Source of the DNA: a virus | Length of the DNA stretch: 64,000 bases | Direction: 5' to 3' (one strand) | Virus record (IMG/VR): IMGVR_UViG_3300027798_006580 | In this document: positions 39,844 through 49,763 of the stretch, piece by piece | Layout of the letters: each line of letters opens with the position of its first letter | Numbering within the stretch: the first letter of the stretch is position 1 | Made by a program: the position numbers and the translations under genes | Notes under the pieces: generated by a model | What the model saw: only the letters and a program-made list of their open reading frames with translations | The model's database searches: none | What the model was told of the DNA's origin: nothing

Positions 39844-39872
39844 AACGTTAAATATATAACAAGGAGATAATT

Positions 39873-40187
39873 ATGAAAAAATTATTCATCACTCTGGCAT
39901 TGGCCTGTGCTACATTGCCCGCATTGGCACAACATCATGGCCACGGCTTTCGTCACCATGGACATCACAATCACCACTACAGACATCCTGGATATGGCAA
40001 CTGGGTAGCACCGTTAATTATTGGCGGCGCCATTGGTTATACATTGACTAGACCAGAACCTGTGATCATACAGCAACCAATATATATCGAACAGCAACCA
40101 ATGCCATTAAATCAAAATTGTGGACCGTGGAAAGAAGTCTGGACTTCTGATGGTAAAATATATAGAGAAAGAACTTGCACTAACTAA
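39873..40187 (+). CDS. Secreted His-rich / Pro-rich protein
   Basis: Signal peptide, HHGHGFRHHGHH, GG.IGY, AAGGAG RBS. Confidence 0.7.
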   Translation: MKKLFITLALACATLPALAQHHGHGFRHHGHHNHHYRHPGYGNWVAPLIIGGAIGYTLTRPEPVIIQQPIYIEQQPMPLNQNCGPWKEVWTSDGKIYRERTCTN

Positions 40188-40225
40188 TACTGATGTATAA
40201 CTAAACTATCCTCTAAGAACATTTT

Positions 40226-40471
40226 ATGAAAACAATTATTTTACTAACAGCAATTTTACTATCGGGGTGTAGTTCACTGAACGCAGTACTGTATAACAGT
40301 GCCAATGCTTGTTTAGAAGCACAGAAATCAATTAGTAAAGATTCTGCGATGACAGAAATTGCAAGATTAAATGCAATACAAGAAATAGCAAAAACTGCCA
40401 ACGACGAAACTAAAAGAACACTGTCGTCTCTAATAAATAATAAACGACAAACTGATATTATATGTAAATAA
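40226..40471 (+). CDS. Small lipoprotein
   Basis: Lipobox LLSGC. Confidence 0.65.
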   Translation: MKTIILLTAILLSGCSSLNAVLYNSANACLEAQKSISKDSAMTEIARLNAIQEIAKTANDETKRTLSSLINNKRQTDIICK

Positions 40472-40473
40472 TA

Positions 40474-40815
40474 GTTAAGACTGTATGAAGTAGATTGAAA
40501 CGTGTCCTGGACGGGGGTGCGAGTCCCCCCAGGTCCACCATAAGGAGACTGTATGGATCCTGAAGTAAAATACCAATATGTATGTGGAATATTGAGTGTG
40601 ATTATTTTGGTATTTTTTATATTCTTTTTATGATGGGCCTGACATAGATTCGACAGGGCAAAGAGTAATGAAATGGACAGTCCGGCAATGTAGAAGCCGT
40701 TAGGATTGGGGCGACCCGGTCGAAGAAGCAAAACAAAGTAAACGCAAACGACTCACAGTTCGCATTAGCTGCCTAAACTCAGCTTAGGGTAAGACATACC
40801 TCGTAACAGAAAATC
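40474..40815 (+). ncRNA. ssrA: Circularly permuted two-piece tmRNA: acceptor piece ~40474-40540, coding piece 40635-~40815
   Basis: T-arm and CAGGTCC-A-CCA come first; downstream GGGCCTG-ACATAGATTCGAC pairs with it, giving a G3:U70 Ala determinant; tag ORF 40744-40776 encodes ANDSQFALAA*. Confidence 0.92.
40553..40633 (+). CDS. 26-aa single-TM peptide inside the tmRNA intervening segment
   Basis: TAAGGAG at 40541 then MDPEVKYQYVCGILSVIILVFFIFFL*. Confidence 0.6.
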   Translation: MDPEVKYQYVCGILSVIILVFFIFFL

Positions 40816-40845
40816 AGAAACCCGCTTCGGCGGGTTTTCTTTTCT
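40815..40845 (+). terminator. Terminator after tmRNA
   Basis: AAACCCGC-TTCG-GCGGGTTT followed by a T-rich tail. Confidence 0.85.
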
Positions 40846-40894
40846 AATTAATTATAAAAATTTTAAAGAGTTCTTCACTGAGGCAGATGTATTG

Positions 40895-41779
40895 TCAGTT
40901 CGGGGAATCGTTGATTATCTCACTACTGCAATAGTATTTGCCACCGGTGGTCAGCAAATCGCTGATTAACTGATCCAAAGGTACACTAATGAAATCTTTT
41001 CTGTAAGTATGTCTTGGACCTTGTATTACATAGTCTATGTTTTCTGCACCAGACATTTTTGGAAAATATATTAAATCTTTACCCCAATACTTTCCATAAT
41101 ACATGCCCTTGATAAAAGAGTCCCACCAACTGATATTACGTACTCCCTGTTTTGTGTATAGTCCATGAGCATTAATAAATGCTGTCATTATATCATCTTT
41201 AACTGTACTTACAACAACTTCGCTGGTTTTGTCAAATAATATATATTCAGCGGTTCTACCCAAAGTGTCTCCTGCACGTTTTCGTGACATTTCAAAAGTA
41301 TGATAACCTTCATAAAAATGTGCAATACCTTTAACAAAGGTTATAAAAGGGCCGTCTCCGCCTTGCAAAAAGTTTACATCAGGTAATTGGCTGAGAAACT
41401 TACTATGAATTATTTGAAATGGCGGAATATTTAAATTTTTACTGATGTCAAGTATTTCTTCTTTACAGGCCATGGGATCAATGTCAATGATATGTGATTT
41501 AAACTGCCAAGCACGTTCCAATTTTTTTAAATTATTAAACTCAATATCATTGTAACCTGGCATATAAAGAAATGCAGTTTCAATTTTAATACCTTGATCC
41601 ATAAAACTTCTCAACGCGGCTTGACTATCAACACCAGAGCTAATACCTAATATAAGTTTGTCACCAAGGGCAATTATGTCTCTGGCTCGACGATTATACT
41701 CTTCTCGAAGATTGCCCACTTCCCACTGACATTGGTCGTATTCGATGTAAAATCCTTCACTGTCTGTGTTGAATTGCAT
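40895..41779 (-). CDS. Adenine-nucleotide alpha-hydrolase (PP-loop) family protein
   Basis: LGISSGVDS motif. Confidence 0.6.
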   Translation of the reverse strand: MQFNTDSEGFYIEYDQCQWEVGNLREEYNRRARDIIALGDKLILGISSGVDSQAALRSFMDQGIKIETAFLYMPGYNDIEFNNLKKLERAWQFKSHIIDIDPMACKEEILDISKNLNIPPFQIIHSKFLSQLPDVNFLQGGDGPFITFVKGIAHFYEGYHTFEMSRKRAGDTLGRTAEYILFDKTSEVVVSTVKDDIMTAFINAHGLYTKQGVRNISWWDSFIKGMYYGKYWGKDLIYFPKMSGAENIDYVIQGPRHTYRKDFISVPLDQLISDLLTTGGKYYCSSEIINDSPN

Positions 41780-41793
41780 ATTGTATATTGCCT

Positions 41794-41813
41794 TAATAAA
41801 TACATATTTATTA
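41794..41813. promoter_or_regulatory. Palindromic bidirectional late-type promoter
   Basis: TAATAAATA-CA-TATTTATTA between two divergent genes. Confidence 0.6.
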
Positions 41814-41815
41814 CT

Positions 41816-42964
41816 ATGACAAACAAAAAATTAGGGTATTATACATGTGCTGGTCTAGAATTCGAATCTAAAATTCAAGCATGTCTACATGCAGTCGCCA
41901 CAGGCATGGAAGTTCAATGGCATTTCAACGATGAGATTTTTTCAAAACACAATTGGAGTATAGAGCCAGAATTAAGTCTTGACGCACTATATAATTTAAG
42001 AAGCAGACAGATTAGAGAAAAGTACGACTACGTTGTATTAAGTTATAGCGGTGGCGCAGACAGTCATAATATCTTAATGAGCTTTATCCGTCAAGGTCTA
42101 CACATAGACGAAATTGTTGTAAACAACATGGAAAAAGCCAACCGGCAATTCACGGATCTCAATATAAACAATACAGATCCGACTAATACTCCTGCCGAGT
42201 TTAGATTACAAACTGTGCCTAGATTAAAGGAAATCGCAGTACTAATTCCTAGAACAAAAATTACAGTCTGTGATCTCAGTGATCACTTGTTTGACTACAT
42301 GAACTCGGCCAAGGATGCCAGTTGGGTACTGGGCCGCAAGGAAGGCCTTAACGCTGCCAATGCCACTAGATATAATTATTTGGCCATGACTGAAATTAGA
42401 AAACAGTTTGATAAAAACAAGTCCATGGTCATTATTGTGGGTGTAGACAAACCACGTTGTTTTATACGCAATGGTGATTTTTATATTAGATTTGCAGATC
42501 GTGCTGCCAACGTCGTGCCAATTCCCAATCACTTGAACGAGTACACAAACAGTACAGTAGAACTATACTATTGGAGTCCGGACAGTATAGATATTTTAAC
42601 CAAGCAAGCACATGTTGTTCGGCGCTGGCTAAAATTTAAACCTGAAATGCAAAAATTGTTTGACAGTGATGTAATGGCGGATCCCAAGATATTTAGAATT
42701 TACCACGAGCAACTTCTTAAAAATATTGTATATACGACATGGAATGAAAATTGGTTTCAAACAGATAAGGCAGTCAAAGACTGGACCAGTGAATTTGATC
42801 AATGGTTTGAAGATGGATACAGTGATACAAGAGCATATGGTATTTGGCTTGAGGGGGTTAATTTTGTCAAGGACAAACTACACACATTTGCCAATCATCG
42901 CAATGGTGATCTTGACGGATTAAAATTATTTGGCAAAAATTATCGAGTGGGCCCACTTTTATAA
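41816..42964 (+). CDS. Adenine-nucleotide alpha-hydrolase (PP-loop) family protein
   Basis: VLSYSGGADS, G.DKP. Confidence 0.65.
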   Translation: MTNKKLGYYTCAGLEFESKIQACLHAVATGMEVQWHFNDEIFSKHNWSIEPELSLDALYNLRSRQIREKYDYVVLSYSGGADSHNILMSFIRQGLHIDEIVVNNMEKANRQFTDLNINNTDPTNTPAEFRLQTVPRLKEIAVLIPRTKITVCDLSDHLFDYMNSAKDASWVLGRKEGLNAANATRYNYLAMTEIRKQFDKNKSMVIIVGVDKPRCFIRNGDFYIRFADRAANVVPIPNHLNEYTNSTVELYYWSPDSIDILTKQAHVVRRWLKFKPEMQKLFDSDVMADPKIFRIYHEQLLKNIVYTTWNENWFQTDKAVKDWTSEFDQWFEDGYSDTRAYGIWLEGVNFVKDKLHTFANHRNGDLDGLKLFGKNYRVGPLL

Positions 42965-42976
42965 TCTAATACTTTA

Positions 42977-43085
42977 ATTTGTGACTCATAAGACTATATA
43001 ATAGTTTGTATACGCATAGGAAGAAATATTATGAGCACAAATAGATATGAAATTCGTCTTGAACTACTTGAGATGTCAAAAGAAA
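42977..43085 (+). repeat. Degenerate copy of the promoter and 5' end of the 43803 gene (second copy 43731-43857)
   Basis: ATTTGTGA(C/G)TCATAAGACTATATAATAGT and ATGAGCACAAAT.G.TATGAAATTCGTCTTGAACTACT shared. Confidence 0.85.
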
Positions 43086-43102
43086 CTTTAATAAATATAT
43101 GA
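43031..43102 (+). pseudogene. 23-codon remnant of the 43803 gene
   Basis: MSTNRYEIRLELLEMSKE versus MSTNGYEIRLELLKMAKE. Confidence 0.7.
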
Positions 43103-43716
43103 CGAACAGTAAGTTTACTATAATAGAAGATTGCAGTCCTTATTATATAAGATTTACGCACAGTAATATAGACGACATCATAAAATTAGCCAATGATGCA
43201 ATAGCAGAATATACGTTTTCTGAAAAATGGACAGTTCAAAATCTTGACTATACTGTAGTAAAAAAAATAAAAAATCTCTGTCCGTTATTCGACGTCTTTG
43301 ATTTATCGCAACAGCGTGTTAGTATGTTTGTTTCCCAACCCGGACTTTATTATAGAGCACATAAAGATGGTCCCAATCATAGATTTAGTATAAACTATAC
43401 AGTTAAGATTTTAGACAATAAATGTGTTACTAGCTGGTACAGCGATGAAGACTTACAAAAATATCCAATAGATCATCTAGCTGGTAGATCAAGGGAATGT
43501 ATAGATTTTGATAAATCTGCTCACACGCCGTTGAAAAGTATGATTGCAGTTCCAGGGGAATGTATATTATTCAACACTGATATATTTCATGCTTGGGATA
43601 ATCAAACCAGTAAAAATGAAAGAATGGTGTTGACATTAAGATTGAAAGATTATAGTCAGCCTAATTCTTTTTTTGAAGATGCAAGAGATGTATTATTAAA
43701 ATTAGCAGACAAATAA
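43099..43716 (+). CDS. Cupin / 2OG-Fe(II) oxygenase-like protein
   Basis: HKDG...FSINY, LFNT...H...N...R..LTLR. Confidence 0.65.
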   Translation: MTNSKFTIIEDCSPYYIRFTHSNIDDIIKLANDAIAEYTFSEKWTVQNLDYTVVKKIKNLCPLFDVFDLSQQRVSMFVSQPGLYYRAHKDGPNHRFSINYTVKILDNKCVTSWYSDEDLQKYPIDHLAGRSRECIDFDKSAHTPLKSMIAVPGECILFNTDIFHAWDNQTSKNERMVLTLRLKDYSQPNSFFEDARDVLLKLADK

Positions 43717-43802
43717 GAAGATATCCATTGATTTGTGAGTCATAAGACTATATAATAGTGTACAGACAATAGTTTGTACATTACACACATAGAGAGAAAA
43801 TT

Positions 43803-44063
43803 ATGAGCACAAATGGCTATGAAATTCGTCTTGAACTACTCAAGATGGCAAAAGAAATGCTAGAGCAAGACTGGCATGCAAATCGCGAGACGCTTCAGCG
43901 TCAATGGGAACAAGAAGTTAATCTGGTCCAGATCCGAGCCCATGCGGTAGATCAACCAGTTGAATCAGTTCCTACACAACCAACCTTCCGACCTTTTCCT
44001 ACAGAAGAAGAGATCATTAAGAAGGCCAAGGTCCTAAATGAGTTTGTTGCCCAACGAGCATAA
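43803..44063 (+). CDS. Phage hypothetical protein
   Basis: YEIRLELLKMAKEML...P.EEEII.KA..L..FV. Confidence 0.7.
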   Translation: MSTNGYEIRLELLKMAKEMLEQDWHANRETLQRQWEQEVNLVQIRAHAVDQPVESVPTQPTFRPFPTEEEIIKKAKVLNEFVAQRA

Positions 44064-44185
44064 ACGGTTAAATTGACCACTAAAACGGAGAAATGCACTA
44101 TTGCTTTCTCCGTTTTTTTGTTATATAATAGTAACACGCTGTTAAGGTTAACAGCGACGATTTAACATTTAAAGGAAATTTAAAA

Positions 44186-44455
44186 ATGAAACATTTCAAT
44201 TCTGAAACAAAAACTTTCAAGTTGTTCAATGCATTGTACAACGGCGAAAGCGTTACTGCTAGTCAAGCAGAAAAGCGTTTTGGTATCAAAAATATCAGCG
44301 CAGAAGTAAGCCGCATCCGTCAAAACGGTTATGCAGTTTATGCTAACACTCGTCTTGCCGGTAACAATGTTACGGTAACTGAGTATGTAATCGGTAAGCC
44401 CAGCCGTAAGGTTGTTGCCGCTGGTTATAAAGCCCTGTCAATGGGTCTAGTCTAA
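44186..44455 (+). CDS. Winged HTH DNA-binding protein
   Basis: T..QA..RFGIKN..A.VS.IR..G; own promoter, RBS and terminator. Confidence 0.65.
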   Translation: MKHFNSETKTFKLFNALYNGESVTASQAEKRFGIKNISAEVSRIRQNGYAVYANTRLAGNNVTVTEYVIGKPSRKVVAAGYKALSMGLV

Positions 44456-44476
44456 TTTAGACTAGGGTTAGTAAAT

Positions 44477-44504
44477 AAAAGGATACAGAGATGTATCCTT
44501 TTTT
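44477..44504 (+). terminator. Rho-independent terminator
   Basis: AAAAGGATACA-GAGA-TGTATCCTTTT. Confidence 0.75.
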
Positions 44505-44516
44505 CACGAGTGCAGT

Positions 44517-45044
44517 ATGGATTTAAAAAATATAATTAGAACAGTGGATAATTTTCCTAAACCAGGAATACAATTTTTGGATGTTACCAGCATACTAGAA
44601 AATCCAGAAGCATTTAGACGCACAGTAAATTGGCTGATAAAATTGACAGCGGCACATCAAATAGAAAGTATAGTTGCCATAGACGCTCGTGGATTTATCT
44701 GGGGCGGAGCAGTAGCCAGCGAATTACGAATTCCATTATACCTTGCAAGAAAACCAGGTAAACTTCCTGGCAATATAATTACTCAAACATATGATACGGA
44801 ATATAGCACGGCCAGTTTAAGTATGTTAAAGGATGTGTATATTCAAGGGCCAGTACTGGTTATTGATGATATTCTTGCCACAGGTGGCACATTGAATGCT
44901 GTGGGTAAACTCTTAGAACTTGGCTGGAAAATTAAACCCATTGATCAAATTCATGCTGTAATTGCTAATTTGGATTTCTTACCAGGTAAAAAGTTCTTAA
45001 CTGATAACGGTTATACGGTTGAACATTTACTTAACTTTGATTAA
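44517..45044 (+). CDS. apt: Adenine phosphoribosyltransferase
   Basis: FPKPGI.F.D, ARGF, RKPGKLP, VIDDILATGGT. Confidence 0.92.
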   Translation: MDLKNIIRTVDNFPKPGIQFLDVTSILENPEAFRRTVNWLIKLTAAHQIESIVAIDARGFIWGGAVASELRIPLYLARKPGKLPGNIITQTYDTEYSTASLSMLKDVYIQGPVLVIDDILATGGTLNAVGKLLELGWKIKPIDQIHAVIANLDFLPGKKFLTDNGYTVEHLLNFD

Positions 45045-45882
45045 CCCTGATTAGTTGTCTATCATTATGTGACCTGCACCAAAGCATAGGACAAGAAAAT
45101 GGTCCATCTGGAGCTGTCCATCCTTCTTCGAATACATTACCAGACGATCGACCCCCACATTCACTGGCAACAACAAACCCTTTATGGTCAATACTTAATA
45201 TGTCTATACCAGCATAACATAATTTGCCAGTATAGCTAGGACTATCATCCTTTGGCGGTTCATTTAATGGAATATACGGAGGTGCCACGTACGGCGGATC
45301 TTCATAGTCTTCGGGCAATCCTCTAATTAAATTTTTATCTTTTTTACTGTATTTAGGCCACATTTTACCGTCAGCAGTTTTTAATGTTTGGGGTTCAGCA
45401 TCCACATCTTGACTAATTAATTCCGCTACTTTATCTTTTCCTTCTAGGATTTTACCAGGAAGTAAAGGTATTATTACTTTTATTATTTTCTTATTTTCTT
45501 TGCAGTGATCTATAATAAAATCTAACACACTAACGTTTTGCCAACTGTGATGTGTAAGCCTAAATCGATCTACATAATTGATAATTTCCATGACATTAAA
45601 CCAACTATCTCCACCTGACGTATCTAGCCTAACCTGTGATGGTTTGCTTTTTATTTTTTGTAACAGTAGATTTAAGTTTGGAAAATTTAAAGGTTCACCA
45701 CCACCCAACATCCATTTAATTCTATCACCGTGTGGGTATCTTGTTTGTTGTAATTGTTCGACAACATTCAAGTATTGATCTAAAGTTTTATCTAAACTAC
45801 CTTTGCTCCATTTTCCGTGACAGTATTCACATCCATACTCACAATAACTATTGAGTTTCCAGTTTATTTCTAGTGTTTTCAT
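45031..45882 (-). CDS. Radical SAM protein with a C-terminal Cys-rich (SPASM/twitch-like) region
   Basis: CEYGCEYC, GGEP, C-terminal C.AG...C...C...C. Confidence 0.85.
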   Translation of the reverse strand: MKTLEINWKLNSYCEYGCEYCHGKWSKGSLDKTLDQYLNVVEQLQQTRYPHGDRIKWMLGGGEPLNFPNLNLLLQKIKSKPSQVRLDTSGGDSWFNVMEIINYVDRFRLTHHSWQNVSVLDFIIDHCKENKKIIKVIIPLLPGKILEGKDKVAELISQDVDAEPQTLKTADGKMWPKYSKKDKNLIRGLPEDYEDPPYVAPPYIPLNEPPKDDSPSYTGKLCYAGIDILSIDHKGFVVASECGGRSSGNVFEEGWTAPDGPFSCPMLWCRSHNDRQLIRVNQS

Positions 45883-45995
45883 ACACTTATTTAACCGTTA
45901 CCGTTGACACATGTGGTTTAAACAGTGTATAATACATATTGATAACATTAAAGCAGTAGTAAGAACTTTTCTTTTATCCACTAAATATAAGCTAC

Positions 45996-47378
45996 ATGAC
46001 ATTTTTATTATTTTTTACAGCATTTATACTTAGCGGAATTGCGGCTTACTACAGCGTTATCGGTATTATTGCGATCTTTTCAGCGGCAGTAATTCCTGTG
46101 GCCATTATGGCCAGTAGCCTTGAAGTGGCTAAACTAGTTGTGGCTAGTTGGCTATATCGTTATTGGAAACATATTCCAATTTTGATGAAAACTTATTTTA
46201 CTTTATCATTAATAGTCCTTATGCTGATTACCAGCATGGGCATTTTTGGTTTCTTAAGTAAAGCACACAGCGATCAAAGTTTGGTCAGTGGCGACGTAAC
46301 TGCAAAAATTGCAATCTACGATGAAAAAATTAAAACAGCGAAAGAGAACATAGATGCAAACCGCAAGGCTCTTAAACAAATGGATGAGGCAGTGGACCAA
46401 GTCATGGGTCGCAGTACAGACGAAAAAGGTGCCGATAAGGCAGTGGCTCTACGTAGGGTACAACAAAAGGAACGTGGACGTCTCATTGCTGAAATCGAAA
46501 CCTACCAGAAAACAGTTGGCGTACTTGCTGAACAGCGAGCGCCTATTGCCGCCGAAGTTAGAAAAGTCGAAGCTGAAGTAGGCCCTATCAAATATATTGC
46601 GGCATTCATCTACGGAGATGATCCTGATGAAAATACGTTAGAGCGTAGTGTTCGTTGGTTGATTGTTTTATTGATCTGTGTGTTTGATCCATTGGCAGTA
46701 TTAATGCTTATAGCCGCAAACTTAACACAGATTAAATCCAAAGAGTGGCGCAAACAAAAAATAGAACCTGCCTACGAAAAAGACGATGGACCTCTAACCG
46801 ATGAACAAATCAATCAGGTTAAAGAATCTGCCAGCAATGATTTACCCGCAGGCGAATTGATCTCTAAAGATGAATTATTCCCAGAAAAATCGATGCAGGA
46901 TACACATCCTTACTTATACAAGCCGTTTGTTCATTTTAGAGATACCACACCCATAGTAGCTAAAAAAATAATAGAAGAGCCAATACCAACAATAGAGGAA
47001 ATTTCTCATGATGATATGGAACCAAATAAAGATACAACTAACGAAGTTGAGCTGCCAGTGGTTATTGAAACACCAGACAGAACACCAGAAGCTGATAAAC
47101 AAGATGCTAGTTCCGGCTTTACTCCCAATCCAGCAGTGGAAACAATGGGAATAGAAGCCTCAGTTAAAAAACCTCGGGCCTCCAAAAAAAAAGTTGACGT
47201 AGAACAGGTCAATGAAGATAAATCTAATAGTGTCAGTGTAAAGAATCAAGTTAACTCAATGATTGAAAATAATGACACCAATGGATTAGAATCTATATAT
47301 AAACAAATAGTAAAAGAGCTAGCAACAAAAAACCGCAGTAAAAGTACACACTGGGGACCTTTGAAAACTAAAAAATGA
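45996..47378 (+). CDS. Multi-TM coiled-coil membrane protein
   Basis: N-terminal TMs, long coiled coil, VFDPLAV..L, acidic tail. Confidence 0.7.
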   Translation: MTFLLFFTAFILSGIAAYYSVIGIIAIFSAAVIPVAIMASSLEVAKLVVASWLYRYWKHIPILMKTYFTLSLIVLMLITSMGIFGFLSKAHSDQSLVSGDVTAKIAIYDEKIKTAKENIDANRKALKQMDEAVDQVMGRSTDEKGADKAVALRRVQQKERGRLIAEIETYQKTVGVLAEQRAPIAAEVRKVEAEVGPIKYIAAFIYGDDPDENTLERSVRWLIVLLICVFDPLAVLMLIAANLTQIKSKEWRKQKIEPAYEKDDGPLTDEQINQVKESASNDLPAGELISKDELFPEKSMQDTHPYLYKPFVHFRDTTPIVAKKIIEEPIPTIEEISHDDMEPNKDTTNEVELPVVIETPDRTPEADKQDASSGFTPNPAVETMGIEASVKKPRASKKKVDVEQVNEDKSNSVSVKNQVNSMIENNDTNGLESIYKQIVKELATKNRSKSTHWGPLKTKK

Positions 47379-47803
47379 CAGACGAAACACAACATTATTA
47401 CATTACTCCGCCTACTTTATTTTTACCTCCTGCGGGACTTAGAGTATCATTAATTGGTGTCGACGAAGAGTGGATTGACAATATGAGTGACGAACTAGAA
47501 GATACTTTGCCCAGTATTCCTATGACGTTTTATCATTTAGATACCAAAACATCGGATCAATGGCAATGGCAGTTTCATATGATGGATCACAGCAATCTTA
47601 TTGTGGTTAATGTCGCACGTAGCGTTACCATTGATTTGTTATTATCTTTTTTACACATGGGTGACAATAAAATTTGGTTCTTTGTCAACCCCGAAGAAGT
47701 AGACAAAAATATTATAATACTGTTAAATACTATTAATGCAAATGTATTTTCTAGTTCAGATGAGTTTCATAGTATGTTAACAGCGTTTATTGGTAATGCC
47801 TAA
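47375..47803 (+). CDS. Hypothetical protein
   Basis: ITPP motif; operon packing. Confidence 0.6.
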   Translation: MTDETQHYYITPPTLFLPPAGLRVSLIGVDEEWIDNMSDELEDTLPSIPMTFYHLDTKTSDQWQWQFHMMDHSNLIVVNVARSVTIDLLLSFLHMGDNKIWFFVNPEEVDKNIIILLNTINANVFSSSDEFHSMLTAFIGNA

Positions 47804-49028
47804 TCAACCATTAATGAAATGCAGTTTCTGTGAAAAATCGCAGAACGAAGTAAAAAAACTTGTTGCTGGCGCCACTGGTTACATCTGCGATGAATGCATT
47901 GTATTGTGCAACGAAGTCATCAAAGATGATTTAATCAAGTCGTCTGCCAAAGATAATAAACTTCCTACTCCGCGAGAAATATTCGAACATCTTGATCAGT
48001 ATGTTATTGGACAAGAACTTCCCAAGTTAACACTGAGCGTGGCAGTATATAATCACTACAAGCGATTGTTTAACAAAAGCGATGTGGAGATTGAAAAAAG
48101 TAATGTACTGCTAATCGGTCCAACTGGTAGTGGTAAAACATTATTAGCAAAGAGTATTGCTAGATTTCTCGATGTGCCTTTTGCTATTACAGATGCTACA
48201 AGTTTAACTGAAGCAGGTTATGTCGGCGAAGATGTAGAAAACGTTATTCATAAATTATATCAGGCCGCAGATCAAAACATCGAACGTTGTGAACGGGGTA
48301 TTATCTACATTGACGAAATAGATAAAAAAGGACGTAAGAGTGAAGGTACCAGTATTACTCGTGATGTCAGTGGCGAAGGCGTTCAACAAGCATTGTTAAA
48401 GATCATTGAAGGCACAGAATGTCGTGTGCCCAGCGGCGGCGGCAGAAAACACCCAGGTGGCGATACATTAACTATCAACACTAAAAATATTTTGTTTATT
48501 CTGGGTGGTGCATTTGTAGGCTTAGACGAAATTATCAACAAACGTGTCAATACAAAATCTACCATGGGCTTTGCAGGAAATCCTGTGAAAGAAAAAACAT
48601 CGTTAGTAGGTACTACATCCAGTGATGTTATCAAATGGGGCATGATTCCAGAACTAGTGGGACGTATGCCTCAGATTGCTGTATTAGAAGAACTTACAGA
48701 AGAACAACTAGTGAGAGCAATGACCGAACCAAAGAACAACTTGGTCAGTCAATATCAAAGTTTATTCAAAATGGACAATGTCGAATTGTCCATCGATGAT
48801 CGAGCGGCCATGGCTATTGCCGCTAAATGCACTGAAATGAAATTAGGAGCACGTGGTCTACGTGCAGAACTAGAAAGTATACTGCTTAAAACGCAGTTTG
48901 TATTACCTGACTTGGCAGCAGAGAATGTCACGAAAGTTACAATAACAGAGGAAACAGTAACACATGGTAAAGAACCACTATTAATATATGGCAAACGAAA
49001 GACAAAACGAGAACAGAATTCTCAGTAA
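47796..49028 (+). CDS. clpX: ClpX ATPase
   Basis: Zn domain [44 protein letters not shown]; MGF at the IGF-loop position. Confidence 0.95.
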   Translation: MPNQPLMKCSFCEKSQNEVKKLVAGATGYICDECIVLCNEVIKDDLIKSSAKDNKLPTPREIFEHLDQYVIGQELPKLTLSVAVYNHYKRLFNKSDVEIEKSNVLLIGPTGSGKTLLAKSIARFLDVPFAITDATSLTEAGYVGEDVENVIHKLYQAADQNIERCERGIIYIDEIDKKGRKSEGTSITRDVSGEGVQQALLKIIEGTECRVPSGGGRKHPGGDTLTINTKNILFILGGAFVGLDEIINKRVNTKSTMGFAGNPVKEKTSLVGTTSSDVIKWGMIPELVGRMPQIAVLEELTEEQLVRAMTEPKNNLVSQYQSLFKMDNVELSIDDRAAMAIAAKCTEMKLGARGLRAELESILLKTQFVLPDLAAENVTKVTITEETVTHGKEPLLIYGKRKTKREQNSQ

Positions 49029-49518
49029 TCGCGAAATAAGAAGTCGCGATGTTCGTCTAATCAACGAAGATGGAAGTAACGGAGGTGTTGTGCCGTTCTT
49101 CACAGCATTGAACCTAGCACAGAATCAAGAACTTGATTTGATTCAAATCAATGGTGCGACTAATCCTCCAGTTTGCAAAATAGGTGACTTAGGTAAGTAC
49201 AAATACGAAGCGCAAAAGAAACAACACGATCAAGATAAAAAGAATCGTGAAAATCGTGTAGATATTAAAGAGGTGCAATTACGCCCGGCCATTGATATAC
49301 ATGATTTGGATATTAAAGTAAATAAGATCAAGGAATGGATTGCCGACGGAGATAAAGTCAAAGTTGTAATTCGTTTCCGTGGTAGAGAAATGGCTAACCA
49401 AGCAGTTGGTTTTAAATTAATCGAACACATAATAGCAACAGTACCGAGTGCTAAAGTTGAAGGCCGTAGCGAAATGCAGGGCAATAGACTTACTGCTATA
49501 ATTAGTCAAGCAAAGTGA
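48988..49518 (+). CDS. infC: Translation initiation factor IF-3
   Basis: N..I...VRLI, LDL....PPVCKI.D..KYKY, KEVQLRP.I..HD, GDKVKV..RFRGRE. Confidence 0.92.
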   Translation: MANERQNENRILSNREIRSRDVRLINEDGSNGGVVPFFTALNLAQNQELDLIQINGATNPPVCKIGDLGKYKYEAQKKQHDQDKKNRENRVDIKEVQLRPAIDIHDLDIKVNKIKEWIADGDKVKVVIRFRGREMANQAVGFKLIEHIIATVPSAKVEGRSEMQGNRLTAIISQAK

Positions 49519-49525
49519 GATAAAC

Positions 49526-49762
49526 ATGGCAAGAAAAGATGGCCCATTAATGGGCAGTAAAGTTATTGTACAACACGATAACTGGGAAAAAGCATTACGC
49601 ACCTTTAAGAAAAAGATTCTCGAAAGCGGTAAACTAATTGAACTTAAAGAAAAAGAGTTCTACGAAAAGCCCAGTATGACAAAACGTAAAACTAAAAATC
49701 AACAAACTCGTCGGGCACAAAAGAAACGCGAAGCAGATTCATTACCTAAAAAACTTTATTAA
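49526..49762 (+). CDS. rpsU: Ribosomal protein bS21
   Basis: EKALR.FKKK, E.YEKPS..R. Confidence 0.85.
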   Translation: MARKDGPLMGSKVIVQHDNWEKALRTFKKKILESGKLIELKEKEFYEKPSMTKRKTKNQQTRRAQKKREADSLPKKLY

Positions 49763-49763
49763 A

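Noticed and set aside
40213-40731. 172-aa minus-strand ORF
   Set aside because: Antisense to the tmRNA and a lipoprotein gene; a shadow ORF
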